A DNA stretch of 63,992 nt, filler included, from Octopus bimaculoides (taxonomy: Eukaryota), in the NCBI RefSeq assembly GCF_001194135.2. It is 6 parts of 6 records of this genome, joined end to end, with 100 filler letters (N's around TTAATTAATTAA, not from the genome) between each part and the next. Parts side by side here need not be neighbours in the genome. Positions count along the whole stretch, not along the records: positions 1 to 22,695 come from NC_068983.1; 5 more parts are not named here. The stretch is one strand, 5' to 3'. Positions within the stretch are counted from its first letter, which is position 1, and each line of letters starts with the position of its first letter. Of the stretch, positions 1 to 12,506 are shown one piece after another. The translations under genes were made by a program, and so were the position numbers. The notes beneath the pieces are model-generated. The model was not told the origin of the DNA and did not search any database. It saw only the letters and a list, made by a program, of their open reading frames with translations.

Positions 1-454
1 TGCTTGTTCATGTTTTGATTGACTATATATATATTATTTATTATTTAATTGAAAGCGATTCATCCATCTCCAAGTAAGTTTATCTTCACCTTTTTGATGC
101 GACTGTCTACTCTATACTATTTTCTTAATCCTTCCTTCTCTAATTCCCTTTTTCTCGCCCGCCCTCTGTCTCACTCTCTCCCCCTCTTTCTCTTTTTCTC
201 TATTTCTTTCACGTGGCTCACACGTGACCATCGTCAATCGTTCTTTTCTTCGCGTGACCATCTTTCTTTTACTGCACGAACGTTTAAAAGAGTAGACATC
301 TTTTCTCTCTTTCTCTTCTATCTTTTCTCTTTTCAATACTATGTTTCTCCTATGCATACCAGTCTCCCCTCTCCGCGCCACTGATGTTATCCAAAGAAAA
401 AACAAAGACCGATTCTGCTAGGCACCAGTGATGTCGCAGCTCATTTGTACAGTT

Positions 455-592
455 GAGTGAAAAAACTGAAGCAACGTGAAATAATGTGTCTTGCTCAAAA
501 ACACAACACGCAGCCTAGTCTGGGTATCGATTTCACAACCTCACGATCGTAAGCTCGACGATCTAATCACCGAGCCACGCGCCTTCACCTTT
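455..592 (-). mobile_element. tRNA-derived SINE family D
   Basis: Minus strand GGCGCGTGGCTCGGTGATTAG...GTGTTGTGTTTTTGAGCAAGACACATTATTTCACGTTGCT. Related copies at about 37790-37893, 42340-42480 and probably 35590-35720. Confidence 0.65.
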
Positions 593-821
593 GTATATGT
601 ATATATATGAATATATATCAATGTATATATGTCGTGAAATGCTCGAAATACGGATTAGAAAAACAGCCGACAACTGATAAAGGGTCGGTCTTTGTGTTGT
701 TTGTCTTGTTTTCTATTGGTTTCTTTCGTTGCTCATATTCCATGTCCTCCTACTTCGAATTTTTGTTGTTGTTTACGTTTTGTAACATCCCGTGCCCACA
801 TATGTATATGTATATATGTAT

Positions 822-867
<46 letters not shown>

Positions 868-2056
868 GTCTACTATGTATATATGCNNNNNNNNNNNNNN
901 NNNNNNNNNNNNNNNNNNNNNNNNNNNNNNNNNNNNNNNNNNNNNNNNNNNNNNNNNNNNNNNNNNNNNNNNNNNNNNNNNNNNNNNNNNNNNNNNNNNN
1001 NNNNNNNNNNNNNNNNNNNNNNNNNNNNNNNNNNNNNNNNNNNNNNNNNNNNNNNNNNNNNNNNNNNNNNNNNNNNNNNNNNNNNNNNNNNNNNNNNNNN
1101 NNNNNNNNNNNNNNNNNNNNNNNNNNNNNNNNNNNNNNNNNNNNNNNNNNNNNNNNNNNNNNNNNNNNNNNNNNNNNNNNNNNNNNNNNNNNNNNNNNNN
1201 NNNNNNNNNNNNNNNNNNNNNNNNNNNNNNNNNNNNNNNNNNNNNNNNNNNNNNNNNNNNNNNNNNNNNNNNNNNNNNNNNNNNNNNNNNNNNNNNNNNN
1301 NNNNNNNNNNNNNNNNNNNNNNNNNATATAAGCAACTATCGACGGAAGCAGTATTAATTTTAAAAGTAGTCTTACACTCAGTTTAGTTTAACATGGATGT
1401 CTTCTTAGAACATCGAATATTGTGTTATTAAGCTTGGAGGATCCTCTCATATATGTGCTTGGTGTTTAAAAGCACACACACAGGTCGTAGCATATGAGAA
1501 ACCTCCGTTATGGACCCCGAAATTCTCATTCTGTAATTTCATTCTACAGGAAATCATTAGTAGGAAGCATCTCGTCAGTGCATGCCAGTAACACCTCGGT
1601 GCTACGATATATAGAATATCAGCATCTTTTCATACATTCTTTGTCGCAAATAGCTAGTAGATGTACTAAAAATTAATTATTAACAATAGAAGCAGTCTCA
1701 ACACCAAAAAGTAACCTTTATATCCTACTAAACATGGATGCCTGATCAGAACGCTAAATATTGCGTTATTAACCTTGAGAGATGTTTTCATATAAGCGTT
1801 TGGTTCAGGAAACTACACACAGATCGTATCTATAGTCGATCTTCAGGCGTCGAGTCATGAACAAACATATCCTTCACAACATATACTGTGCATTCCTTTC
1901 TCATTCTTTCGACATTAAACAACGTACCTGAATATAACATACATATTTGTGTGTGTGTAAGTATATACATGTATATACATATACATACATACAAACTTAT
2001 AAAATACAAACATACACACATAAACACACACAAACACACACAGATACACACTTGCA

Positions 2057-2097
<41 letters not shown>

Positions 2098-2243
2098 ATA
2101 TAGTGACCATCTTCACACTCTCCTGCCCCAGAAAGAACTTTCTCTTCCTCCTTCCAATTCTGGTCACTTCAAAATTTAATCGCACATGGATTGTTGGCGA
2201 CTTTTCCTTATTTTTCCTTCTTTCTCTTTGAACTTCCCTGTTT

Positions 2244-2272
2244 CCGACGAAGAGCTATGCTCGAAACATTAG
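2244..2272 (+). ncRNA. Minimal hammerhead-ribozyme-like motif (Penelope pLTR type)
   Basis: CCGACGA-A-GAGC-TAT-GCTC-GAAAC-ATT: stem II GAGC/GCTC and GAAAC intact; core CUGANGA has U4 replaced by C. Confidence 0.35.
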
Positions 2273-3987
2273 CAACTCTCTCCTTTCACCGACCATCAAA
2301 TTAATGCGTTGCTTGTGCACGTCTTTTTTTCTCTGTTTTTTTAATTGTTTGTTGTTTGAATTGACTATTTACTGCATGGTCACACAGACCGGCCCCGACC
2401 TTCCAACTGTTTTGGAGTACCTGACTCATGGATTTCTGTCTACCATTGGATTACATCACCTTTTTATTCATTTGGAGTACGTCATTTCTGCACATTTGAG
2501 TTTTTGTGTGTGTATANNNNNNNNNNNNNNNNNNNNNNNNNNNNNNNNNNNNNNNNNNNNNNNNNNNNNNNNNNNNNNNNNNNNNNNNNNNNNNNNNNNN
2601 NNNNNNNNNNNNNNNNNNNNNNNNNNNNNNNNNNNNNNNNNNNNNNNNNNNNNNNNNNNNNNNNNNNNNNNNNNNNNNNNNNNNNNNNNNNNNNNNNNNN
2701 NNNNNNNNNNNNNNNNNNNNNNNNNNNNNNNNNNNNNNNNNNNNNNNNNNNNNNNNNNNNNNNNNNNNNNNNNNNNNNNNNNNNNNNNNNNNNNNNNNNN
2801 NNNNNNNNNNNNNNNNNNNNNNNNNNNNNNNNNNNNNNNNNNNNNNNNNNNNNNNNNNNNNNNNNNNNNNNNNNNNNNNNNNNNNNNNNNNNNNNNNNNN
2901 NNNNNNNNNNNNNNNNNNNNNNNNNNNNNNNNNNNNNNNNNNNNNNNNNNNNNNNNNNNNNNNNNNNNNNNNNNNNNNNNNNNNNNNNNNNNNNNNNNNN
3001 NNNNNNNNNNNNNNNNNNNNNNNNNNNNNNNNNNNNNNNNNNNNNNNNNNNNNNNNNNNNNNNNNNNNNNNNNNNNNNNNNNNNNNNNNNNNNNNNNNNN
3101 NNNNNNNNNNNNNNNNNNNNNNNNNNNNNNNNNNNNNNNNNNNNNNNNNNNNNNNNNNNNNNNNNNNNNNNNNNNNNNNNNNNNNNNNNNNNNNNNNNNN
3201 NNNNNNNNNNNNNNNNNNNNNNNNNNNNNNNNNNNNNNNNNNNNNNNNNNNNNNNNNNNNNNNNNNNNNNNNNNNNNNNNNNNNNNNNNNNNNNNNNNNN
3301 NNNNNNNNNNNNNNNNNNNNNNNNNNNNNNNNNNNNNNNNNNNNNNNNNNNNNNNNNNNNNNNNNNNNNNNNNNNNNNNNNNNNNNNNNNNNNNNNNNNN
3401 NNNNNNNNNNNNNNNNNNNNNNNNNNNNNNNNNNNNNNNNNNNNNNNNNNNNNNNNNNNNNNNNNNNNNNNNNNNNNNNNNNNNNNNNNNNNNNNNNNNN
3501 NNNNNNNNNNNNNNATATATATATATATACATATATGTTCGTGCATGTGTGTTTTTGTCTTTTTGGTACTGTCAATTCCTTTTCGTTGTCTCTTTTACAG
3601 TTGTCTCTAAATAACACTAATTAACTTTCCATTCTAGCAGAATATTCTTCTAGTCTGTGGTACAAACCTTCTCCCAATCACCTCAGTAATTCCACGCCAT
3701 CATCTTTTGTTCTTGCCAAATTTTTACTTGCTCACTCTCAGCTGAAACTCGAATTTATATTTTCCCATCTCGGAATCCTCTGGGATTGTCCTGGCATCTC
3801 TGAAGTGGACGTGTGAACAAAGAATGCAATAAAGGTAGAAAATTACCATTGCACTCCCTACATTTCCCTTTTCCTAGCATGTTTCAGAGTTTTACGGGAA
3901 ACAACCTGGCGAAAATTAGAAATCAAACTGTCAAAGCAAAACAATAATATACCGAACAAACCAAACCAAAATTATATACTGAGCAAA

Positions 3988-4215
3988 AGCGGCAAACTAG
4001 CAGAATCGTTTGCGTGCTGATAGAAATACTTAGCGGCACTTCTTCAGACTTACTTTCGGAGTTCAAATTCAGCCGAGATCGACTTGGCTTTTTATCCTTT
4101 CCTGGTTGATAAAATAAGTACCAGTCAAATACTTGGGATCAATGTGATCGACTTGACAACCTCTCCGCAAAATCGCAGGCGTTGTGTCTATAGTAGAAAG
4201 ACTACAAACTAAGAG
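3988..4215 (+). mobile_element. tRNA-derived SINE family A (representative + copy)
   Basis: Core GAGTTCAAATTC(C)GCCGAGGTCGACTTTGCCTTTCATCCT with a B-box-like motif. Other + copies at about 7205-7330, 48725-48915 and 48940-49120. Confidence 0.8.
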
Positions 4216-4574
4216 AGAGAGAGAGGAGAGATTGCTTCTTAGCCATAAGTCGGCAAATGAAAGCAAACATATAATGGAAAGCGGGTTCCCTTTCCATTGT
4301 AGTTTACTTATCAAAGATTGATCTGTGACTGAATAGCAAAAACAGTGACTGGTTGCTTAAAAAGTTGGTTTCACAAACACGATATCCTGGGTTCGAAAAT
4401 TATAAACTAAGCAAGCATGAATGAGAATAAACCAGAATTTTGCAAACTTAGAGAAAAATGTTCGATTCCGGAAGAAAAAGAAGATTGAAAAACAATAAGA
4501 ACATTAGTCATCTTTTATCTTTTACTTGTTTCAGTTTTTGTGCTGTGGCCAGGCTGGGTCATCGCTTAGAAGGG

Positions 4575-4790
4575 GCTACACACAGAGGGGATAAACAAGG
4601 ACAGACAAACGGATTAAGTTGATCATATCGACCCCAGTGCGTAACTGGTACTTAATTTATCGACCCCGAAAGGATGAAAGGCAAAGTCGACCTCGGCAGA
4701 ATTTGAACTCAGAACGTAGCGGCAGACGAAATACCGCTAAGCAGTTCGCCCGGCGTGCTAACGTTTCTGCCAGCTCGCAGCCTTGTCTGT
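4575..4790 (-). mobile_element. SINE family A (representative - copy)
   Basis: Reverse complement of the family A core. Other - copies at about 5815-5970, 7000-7175, 7540-7725, 16720-16875, 50690-50885 and 63780-63935. Confidence 0.82.
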
Positions 4791-5164
4791 GGATTTGGTA
4801 GAGAGAAAATGAATGAAGTCCATCGCAAATATATATATATGTATGTGTGTGTTAGTGCGTGTATCTTTGTGCTTGTTCTCCATCACCTCTTGAGAATGGA
4901 TATTGGTTTGTTTAAATCTCTGTAAGTTAGTGGTTCGGTACATGAGACCAATAGTATCGCGCTTTATAAAATAAGTCCTGGCCTTCATTTGTTCAGAAGA
5001 AATATTACCTTCAAGATGGTGTCCCAGCATGGGATAAACGATAAAACAAAATATAGAGTTGATTGAATAATCAATTTATGGAGTGGTTCTAATGGCTTCT
5101 GATCTTAACTGATTGAAGTGTTATCATGCACATGTTTTGTCTTGGTGTAAAAGATGGGCTACAG

Positions 5165-5620
5165 TAAATATTCTGCTCAATACCACAGATTTGCTTGTCA
5201 GTAGCTTGACGTTAACCAGCTGAGATGTCCCTTAGTGGCTGAGGATATGTGCATCTCTGATCACGGACAGGTGTAGTATGGGAGCATCATAGCCATGTGC
5301 TGAGAGGAATTCTTTGGCGTTGAATAATTCACCTCTGGAAACATGGATGTTTCATTAATCATCCTTAAATAGCTATTATCCAGGGACCTTTTGAGTGGGA
5401 TGGGCTACTCGACTTGAACAAAATATTCTAACTGGGTCCCAACTGCAAGGTCATGCGCTGTTTATTTTGGCACGAGGTCCCCATGTCGTGCATATATAGT
5501 TGTGATGTATTTACCTGGTGTACCCTTATCAGACGGGTAGCTATGATGTGTATATTGAGATACCTATATTTGTGCCCCAGTGTCACTTTGATGGCATGCG
5601 CTGTTCTTTCACTCAATAAT
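5165..5620 (+). repeat. ~440-bp interspersed repeat family F, copy 1
   Basis: Starts AATATTCTGCTCAATACCACAGATTTGC and ends GTCACTTTGATGGCATGCGCTGTTCTTTCACTC followed by (AAT/AAC)n. Confidence 0.8.
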
Positions 5621-8600
5621 AGTAACAACAACAATAACGACAGCAACAACAACAACAACGACGATAATAATAATAATAATGATAATAATAATAATAATAA
5701 TGATAATAATAATAATAAAGCAGAATCGTTTTAGGATAGAATGTGGATGTATATTATTGGTTTCAGATTTTGTTTTAAGGCCAGAAATTTCGTTGGAGGG
5801 ATAAATCAATTACATTGACACTAGTGCTCCACTGGTACTTATTTTATCACAAGGATGAAAGGAAAAGTCGTCATTAGCGGAATTTGAACTCGAACTCAGA
5901 ACGTAGAGACAGACGAAATGCCGCAAAACATTTTGCACGGCCCGATAACGATTCTGCCAGCTCACCATCGTCGTAAATGGATGATATTGGACCACTTCTC
6001 TCGAAAGTCAATACGACAGAGCATTTACTCCAGAGCTCATTTGTCTAAGCTATAAATATGATAGATGGCAAAAAAAAACAAACAAGAGAGAGAGAGAGAG
6101 AAACATTAACGACAGGTCAGTTGTTTGATCTCTGTTGCATGTGATTGACTACCAGGCCGTCTTCCCAGAGTTCATGTGCATAAGACGGCGATATCTAGTT
6201 GTATATAATAAATCATATTTTTGATGTTTTAGCATTGTGAATTTGGGTGCGGATACCAAATCTCTTCGGGTTGATTTCTTTCAGTCTTCTGTAACATCAA
6301 ATGCAATTTTGGAAACTTAAAAAGTAAAAGAAAAGAAAAGAGAAACAAGAAAAGAATATCAGTGTAACTTGTACAACGTTCTTTCTGTCCATGTCTTCTT
6401 ATATTTCAAGAAAATACCTCCGATGCATAAAACACTACGGACCATACGCCACTACAAGCCGCCAGCACACTCTGTCAATTCATAGCAACAAGATTCACCC
6501 TGTCCTTCATTATTTGTCATCACTATATTTATGTCACCAATACTTTTTTTTACTCTTTTACTTGTTTCCATCATTTCACTACGCCCCAGCTGGAGTACCA
6601 CTCTGAAGGATTTTAGTTGAACAAATCGACCCCAGGGCTTTTTGTAAAAAGTCCAGTACGTATTCTATTGGTCTCTTTTGCCGACCCGCCGAGCTAGGGA
6701 GACGTAAACAGACCGACACCAGTTGTCAAACAATGATGGAATGATAAACGCAGACAGACAGACAGACAGAAACACACACACACACACACACGACGGGCTT
6801 CTTTCAGTTTCAGTCTATCAAATCTACTCACAAGACTTTGGCCGGCCCGAGGCTATAGTAGAAGACACTTTCCCAAGGTTCTACGCAGTGGGACTGAACA
6901 CGGAACCGTGTGGTTGGTAAGCAAGCTTTTTACCACACATTTACATCTGCGCCTAGTGATATTGATTTCAAAAGGCCTGCATTTTTTTTTGTGGGAGGGA
7001 GAGGATAAGTCGATTACATTGATCCCAATATCTTAGCTGGTACTTATTCCATCGACCCCCGAAAAGATGAAAAACAAGGTTGATTTCGGTGTAATTTAAA
7101 CTCAGAACGTGAAGAAAAAATGTCGCTAAGCATTTTACACGGTCTGCTAACAATTTTGCCTGCTCGCCGCCTTACTAATACATAGTAATATTATAATACT
7201 CCATAGGGCGGTGAGGGGCTGACAGAATCGTTGGCACGCCGGACAAAATGCTTAGCTGCATTTCGTTCGTCTCTACTTTCTGAGTTCAAATTCCGCCGAG
7301 GTCGGCTTTGCTTTTCATCCTTTCGGGGATTTAATGCCAAAATTTGAAATCAATATTGTAATACTCCATTAATACCCACCAACATTTATACTCCACCACC
7401 ATACCCAACTCCCCTCTTCTTCAACTCCCTTAGCTTATACGCTACCAGCATGCGTTACGATAAAACTCTTTCACAATATATTTCACCACGTTTTACTCCA
7501 CCGTCTTATATCGGTTTCAAATTTTGGTACAAGGCCAGCAATTTTGGAGAAGAGGTTAAGTCGATTACATCGGCCCCAGTATTGAAATGGTACTTATTTT
7601 GTCGATCCCGAGAGGATGAAAGGCAAAGTCGACCTCGGCGGAATTTGAACTCGACGTAAAGACGGACGAAATGCCACCAAGCATTTTACCCGGCATACTA
7701 GCGATTCTGCTAGTTCACCGCCTTCTCACCCCATCATTCTACCAAGATAATTTACCATGACAACCAAGAACCATCCTGTATACTCCACCCATATTACTAC
7801 TATATACCACATAATCTAATACTTGCTACATTCAGTACCCATCACGATACCGTGTAGCCATTGTTATCGTTTTAAATAAAGGTAGACTGCTAGACCATCG
7901 TGAGTATGACGTCATTAGTTTAAATCGTCCTGTGAACTTGACAGAATGATAAATTTATGGATTTGAGACGGATGAAAGATACAGTTGCGTTAAGTGGGAT
8001 TCGAAAGCAGAATATAAAGAACCGGGGAATAAATACCACAAGGTATGTTGTTTGACGCTGTAACGATCCTGTCAATCCAGCTACTATTGCTAGTATAAAC
8101 TGTCAGTCCACACCACACCCCATTCGATATAAAACAGGCGTCAAATAATCGAGATAAATATTCGATATGCCCTGTCTTCGGTAGTCAGCTAGATGTCAGG
8201 ATATACAGACTGGCTGTCTCTGCTGGAGAGATTTCGTTTTGTGTTGTTTTATTAGCCAACAGTTCTCTTTGTCTCCAATTTACTCTGTTATCGATTGATC
8301 TCTGAGTTTTTCTTTACCTGTCACCACCGCATTTCACTGTCGTTAACTAATTCTTAGGTCAGAAAATGATGTTTGTAAAAACATGGTCAAATGACAATTT
8401 TATGTTGAATTGTCGAGGTCAATCAGTGAAACTACAATTTTATCATATTCACTTATTGATTGTAACCTTATTCCCGTCCTCTATGTAAGAACGTTTCGAC
8501 ATCAACGACAGAAACATTACATATTAAAATATATAGTATTACACGCATGCCTTAAAATACTTAACTTTTCTTTCTTCTTTGTTGTTTGGTTTTGTTTTCT

Positions 8601-8895
8601 GTTAATGCGAATGTTTGATTTTCTTGAAGTAGAAAATCGAAAATCTTTAATTCTATGGGCATTAACAGAGACGAAGCAACATAATATTTAAATAATTCAC
8701 TCAGTACTTTGATATGTTATAAAGGAGGGACTGCAGTGAGACTATAATGTAGTTTATGAGTTTGGATAAGTGCAGTGGGGAGATGTATAATCAGTTTCGA
8801 AACTTGTTAATTCGGTTATTTTCAGAATAACTGAATTTACGTTGTGTGACGTTTCAGCTGTGCATTTTACAACAGACGCAACTTTCGACGTTGTC

Positions 8896-8896
<1 letters not shown>

Positions 8897-8948
<52 letters not shown>

Positions 8949-8954
8949 AACCTT

Positions 8955-9025
<71 letters not shown>

Positions 9026-9042
9026 GTCTGTCTGTCTGTCTG
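8897..9042. repeat. (TCTA)n/(TCTG)n microsatellite
   Basis: Directly visible tetranucleotide array. Confidence 0.95.
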
Positions 9043-9044
9043 TC

Positions 9045-10340
9045 TTTTAATTACAGTTTGACTCAGCTCCATATAACTTAAAGTTTCGTGGGTTCGTAGG
9101 GAAAATCCATCTCAGTAGATATCTAAAGACGAGTAACGGGATTTGAGACAAATTCAAGATGGTTTCTGGATGTTAGGCCTCTGTTGGTCAGTACAGGTCA
9201 CGTGGTGTTAATACTGCGGAACTGACATCAATTCTTTTCTTTATTCTTAGGCCCACGTACTTGGACAAGATATTGGCAGGTAGTTTGCGCCACTATGGCG
9301 GCAAGTTGCGACATTGAGTGTTCAGCGACATTAACGCATTTCATTTGATACAACGGTCTTTACATAGGAGTAACCAAATTTGTGTTAGGTTAAAAATTGA
9401 TGGCGGATGACCAGCATGGGTGGGGTAGCAAGGCCTAAAGTTGTATATTTGGAGTGTCATCTGCAATTGGCTTGAAGTTCATGAACAGGGCATTCTTCTG
9501 GTGGCAGCATATAGTTCATTCTTCCTGTTGATGGATACTGTAGATTGGTGATGTATGTATAGTCTGAGGCGGAGAGGGAGTTGGAGATTGTGAGTTTCAG
9601 GTGAGTGAGGTGGGCCCTGTCAGTGATACTCCATTTGATGTTGGGGAAGTCATTTTGATGATCGCGGAGATTACAAATGAAGCGGAACAGGGAAACGAAA
9701 TTTTTCCTATCCGTGCAACTGAGGGTATACCTTCCCGTAAAAGCATTGGCGGTGCATCAGCATGGCCGCAGCTCTAAGCTGAAACTATATAAAAGATATC
9801 CGTGTTGTATCTTCTGGTGCCATCAGATGGTGTAAGATTGTGTCTATAGACTGCAGCTTTTGAGACATAGGACTCTCCTAGTGTTCATTTCTTAGAATTT
9901 CAGAAGTTACAAGTTGGGATGTAGATTGATGACTGTGTTGATGTGTGCTTTCCATCTGTTGTAGTATAAGATGTTTGAAGCGATGTTATTTAACTAGGAG
10001 TTACTACAACATTGTTGGATTTGATGAGTTTATAATACTTACAATTTCGAGGGTATTTTTATTTTCAATTAGAGTCGGGAAGTTGCAAGCTATGTAACTT
10101 GAACCTTTTAAACTAGTCCAATCCTTCATACATAAGAATAAAGAAAAGGATTGATGTCGTTTTAGCAGCATTGACACCACGTGAACTAAGCTGATCAATA
10201 AAGACCTAGCATATCGAAGCCACCTTGAATTTGTGTCAAATCCGTTACTTTCCTCTAGATATCTTATGAAATTGGGTCTCGTTCTTCGCGCCCGCAAAAC
10301 TTTAAGCCTTATGGGTCTGAGGCAAACTGTTATTTAAAAT
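9045..10340 (-). mobile_element. Penelope-like element remnant (GIY-YIG end) bounded by ~210-bp inverted repeats
   Basis: 9045-9250 is the diverged reverse complement of 10130-10340 (e.g. AGATATCTAAAGACGAGTAACGGGATTTGAGACAAATTCAAG vs AGATATCTAGAGGAAAGTAACGGATTTGACACAAATTCAAG). The minus strand inside gives degenerate AVYRHNLT, RFICNLRDHQNDFPNIKWSI and SINRKNEL, resembling the PLE endonuclease C-terminus. A short SINE fragment is nested near 9750-9800. Confidence 0.6.
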
Positions 10341-11485
10341 ATACTTAACTCCTACGAAATGTGCTGAATGCTATTTTCCTCCGTCTGTCCGCGTTTACTC
10401 ACTCGTATACACACAAACACACACGCACGCACGCTCACACACACACATGTACATACAGATATAACACACATACATATATAAATATATATATACATATACA
10501 TACACACACATATATTTCCGTATTGTCATATTATTTGAGCTTATATTTGTGTGTGTATACTCATATAAATTTAAATCTTACAAACTTTCATTTTTGGTGT
10601 AATAAGAATGGAAACATTCTGGGCTACTGATGTTCGAAAGAAGAGAGAAGGAACCTCTTGACAGACCCTATCAGAGATTTCTCACCACTTATTGCTGCTA
10701 TAAAACATCATCATGAATTAGGGTGTCCATGGCGAATAACCTAATTTGAATAATTATGCTTTAGACAGTTCGTCATTAAACAATATCGTATACTCGACAT
10801 GAATTTCAAATATTACAAAGCCTTTTCTATGTAATTAAAAGTAAAAAGAAGGAAGTTCTTTTTCTTATAACTTTGGATCTCTAAAATTCTCACCCTGCAC
10901 ACGCTTTTACTTAACTTGCAGCTTTGCTTTTCAAAATGTTAAAGGAGACCTTAAAACACGCGGATATCCCTGGTCGCAAAGGCATGTGTACATATTTTTT
11001 TAAAGACCAATCTTATAAAAGAAAGAACACGTAATGTAACCTTGTATGTATAAGAGAGACGGGATAGTCACGGTTGGAATAAATACCAACGCACACACAC
11101 ACACACACACATGTACATACGTAGATACCTCTACAGGGACGAGGACGTGTTCCTCCCAAGAGACTACAACTCACGAAAACCAATAATCTTATGAATTAGT
11201 AAAAAAAAATCACAGAAAAGTTCCCTCTCACGAAATAAAAGCAAACTCGACATTACCTCTTTGGAGTAACGCATAAAAAGTAGTCGCGATACTTGATCGT
11301 TAAATCCACAAATATCTTTATTCTCTCTCTGTTTATTTTCTCTTATTCCTTTTTGTTGAAGAGCGCAAGCTCGAAACATAAAAGACTTTCTCACTTTTCC
11401 GAGCGTCAAACTAACACAGCTGCTTGTTTGTTTTTCTGTAAATTTCAACTCTCTCTCACTTTCTCACTCACGCACACTCCCCCCC

Positions 11486-11524
<39 letters not shown>

Positions 11525-11544
11525 CATACATACATACATACATA

Positions 11545-11792
11545 CACAAGTGGGTGCTGAAAAGTTCCTTGCTGTGGGTAAAAGCAAATACAGGAGGATC
11601 AGTTAATCATGATTATATTTAACATATTCCCCTCTCAGATTCACACTCTTATTGCTGCGGTCCTTCCATTTTATTATGTCCTGTAAAAGAACTCGAAATA
11701 TTGGGTCTCCACTCAGGCCTTTCGTGAGACCCTTAAAGAACTGGCATGGTTGGGCCTTCAATTAGGCCTCCTTGATATCCTTTTCAGCACCC

Positions 11793-11798
<6 letters not shown>
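11545..11798. mobile_element. Mariner-derived MITE, copy 1
   Basis: Ends GGGTGCTGAAAAG and CTTTTCAGCACCCC are inverted repeats with TA flanks. Same family as 23861-24082, opposite orientation. Confidence 0.75.
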
Positions 11799-11841
<43 letters not shown>

Positions 11842-12475
11842 ATATTTCTAGATGGTCAGTTCCCCCCCCTCCCCCAATAATCACACCCACTACATATTCG
11901 TTCTTCACACGTTTATTACTGATCTTATTTTATCCTATGTCCATTGTCGAGAAATCTTTCGTCACACATCGGTGACCCCTTCAGCGACCCTTTCTGTCCA
12001 CGTGTGTCCTCCTGCTTGCAACACAAATTCACGCGCGCACACGCACACACCCACAGACACACCCACACACACGCACACACACACACGCACATACATACAT
12101 ATACACACACACACGCACGTACATACACACCGTATACTAATGTATGTCTGCATTTACTTATAATAGATACGTGTGAGGGAGAGTAGATTATCAGTGTGTG
12201 CAAATTGCTTCTGTTTCTTTTTGTGTGTATGAATGTGTGTTTAGACTTGCATATACCGTTTGTACAAATTAACTGATAACGTGAGTGTTTATATACAAGT
12301 GTAAAAGGTACTCAAACGTGCATGTGTATATGTTGCAACATATACACATGCACGACCCCCTCCCTCCACTGGCCAAACAGGATCCCTCCCACACACTAAT
12401 GCCATATACAAAAATACAAGTTTAAACTCACAAATGATGGGCTAAAAAGGTCACATCGACACTCCCACTATTCAC

Positions 12476-12506
<31 letters not shown>

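Noticed and set aside
455-592. tRNA genes at SINE heads (also 40262 and 48725)
   Set aside because: tRNA-like A/B boxes run straight into SINE bodies, and I could not form a full cloverleaf.
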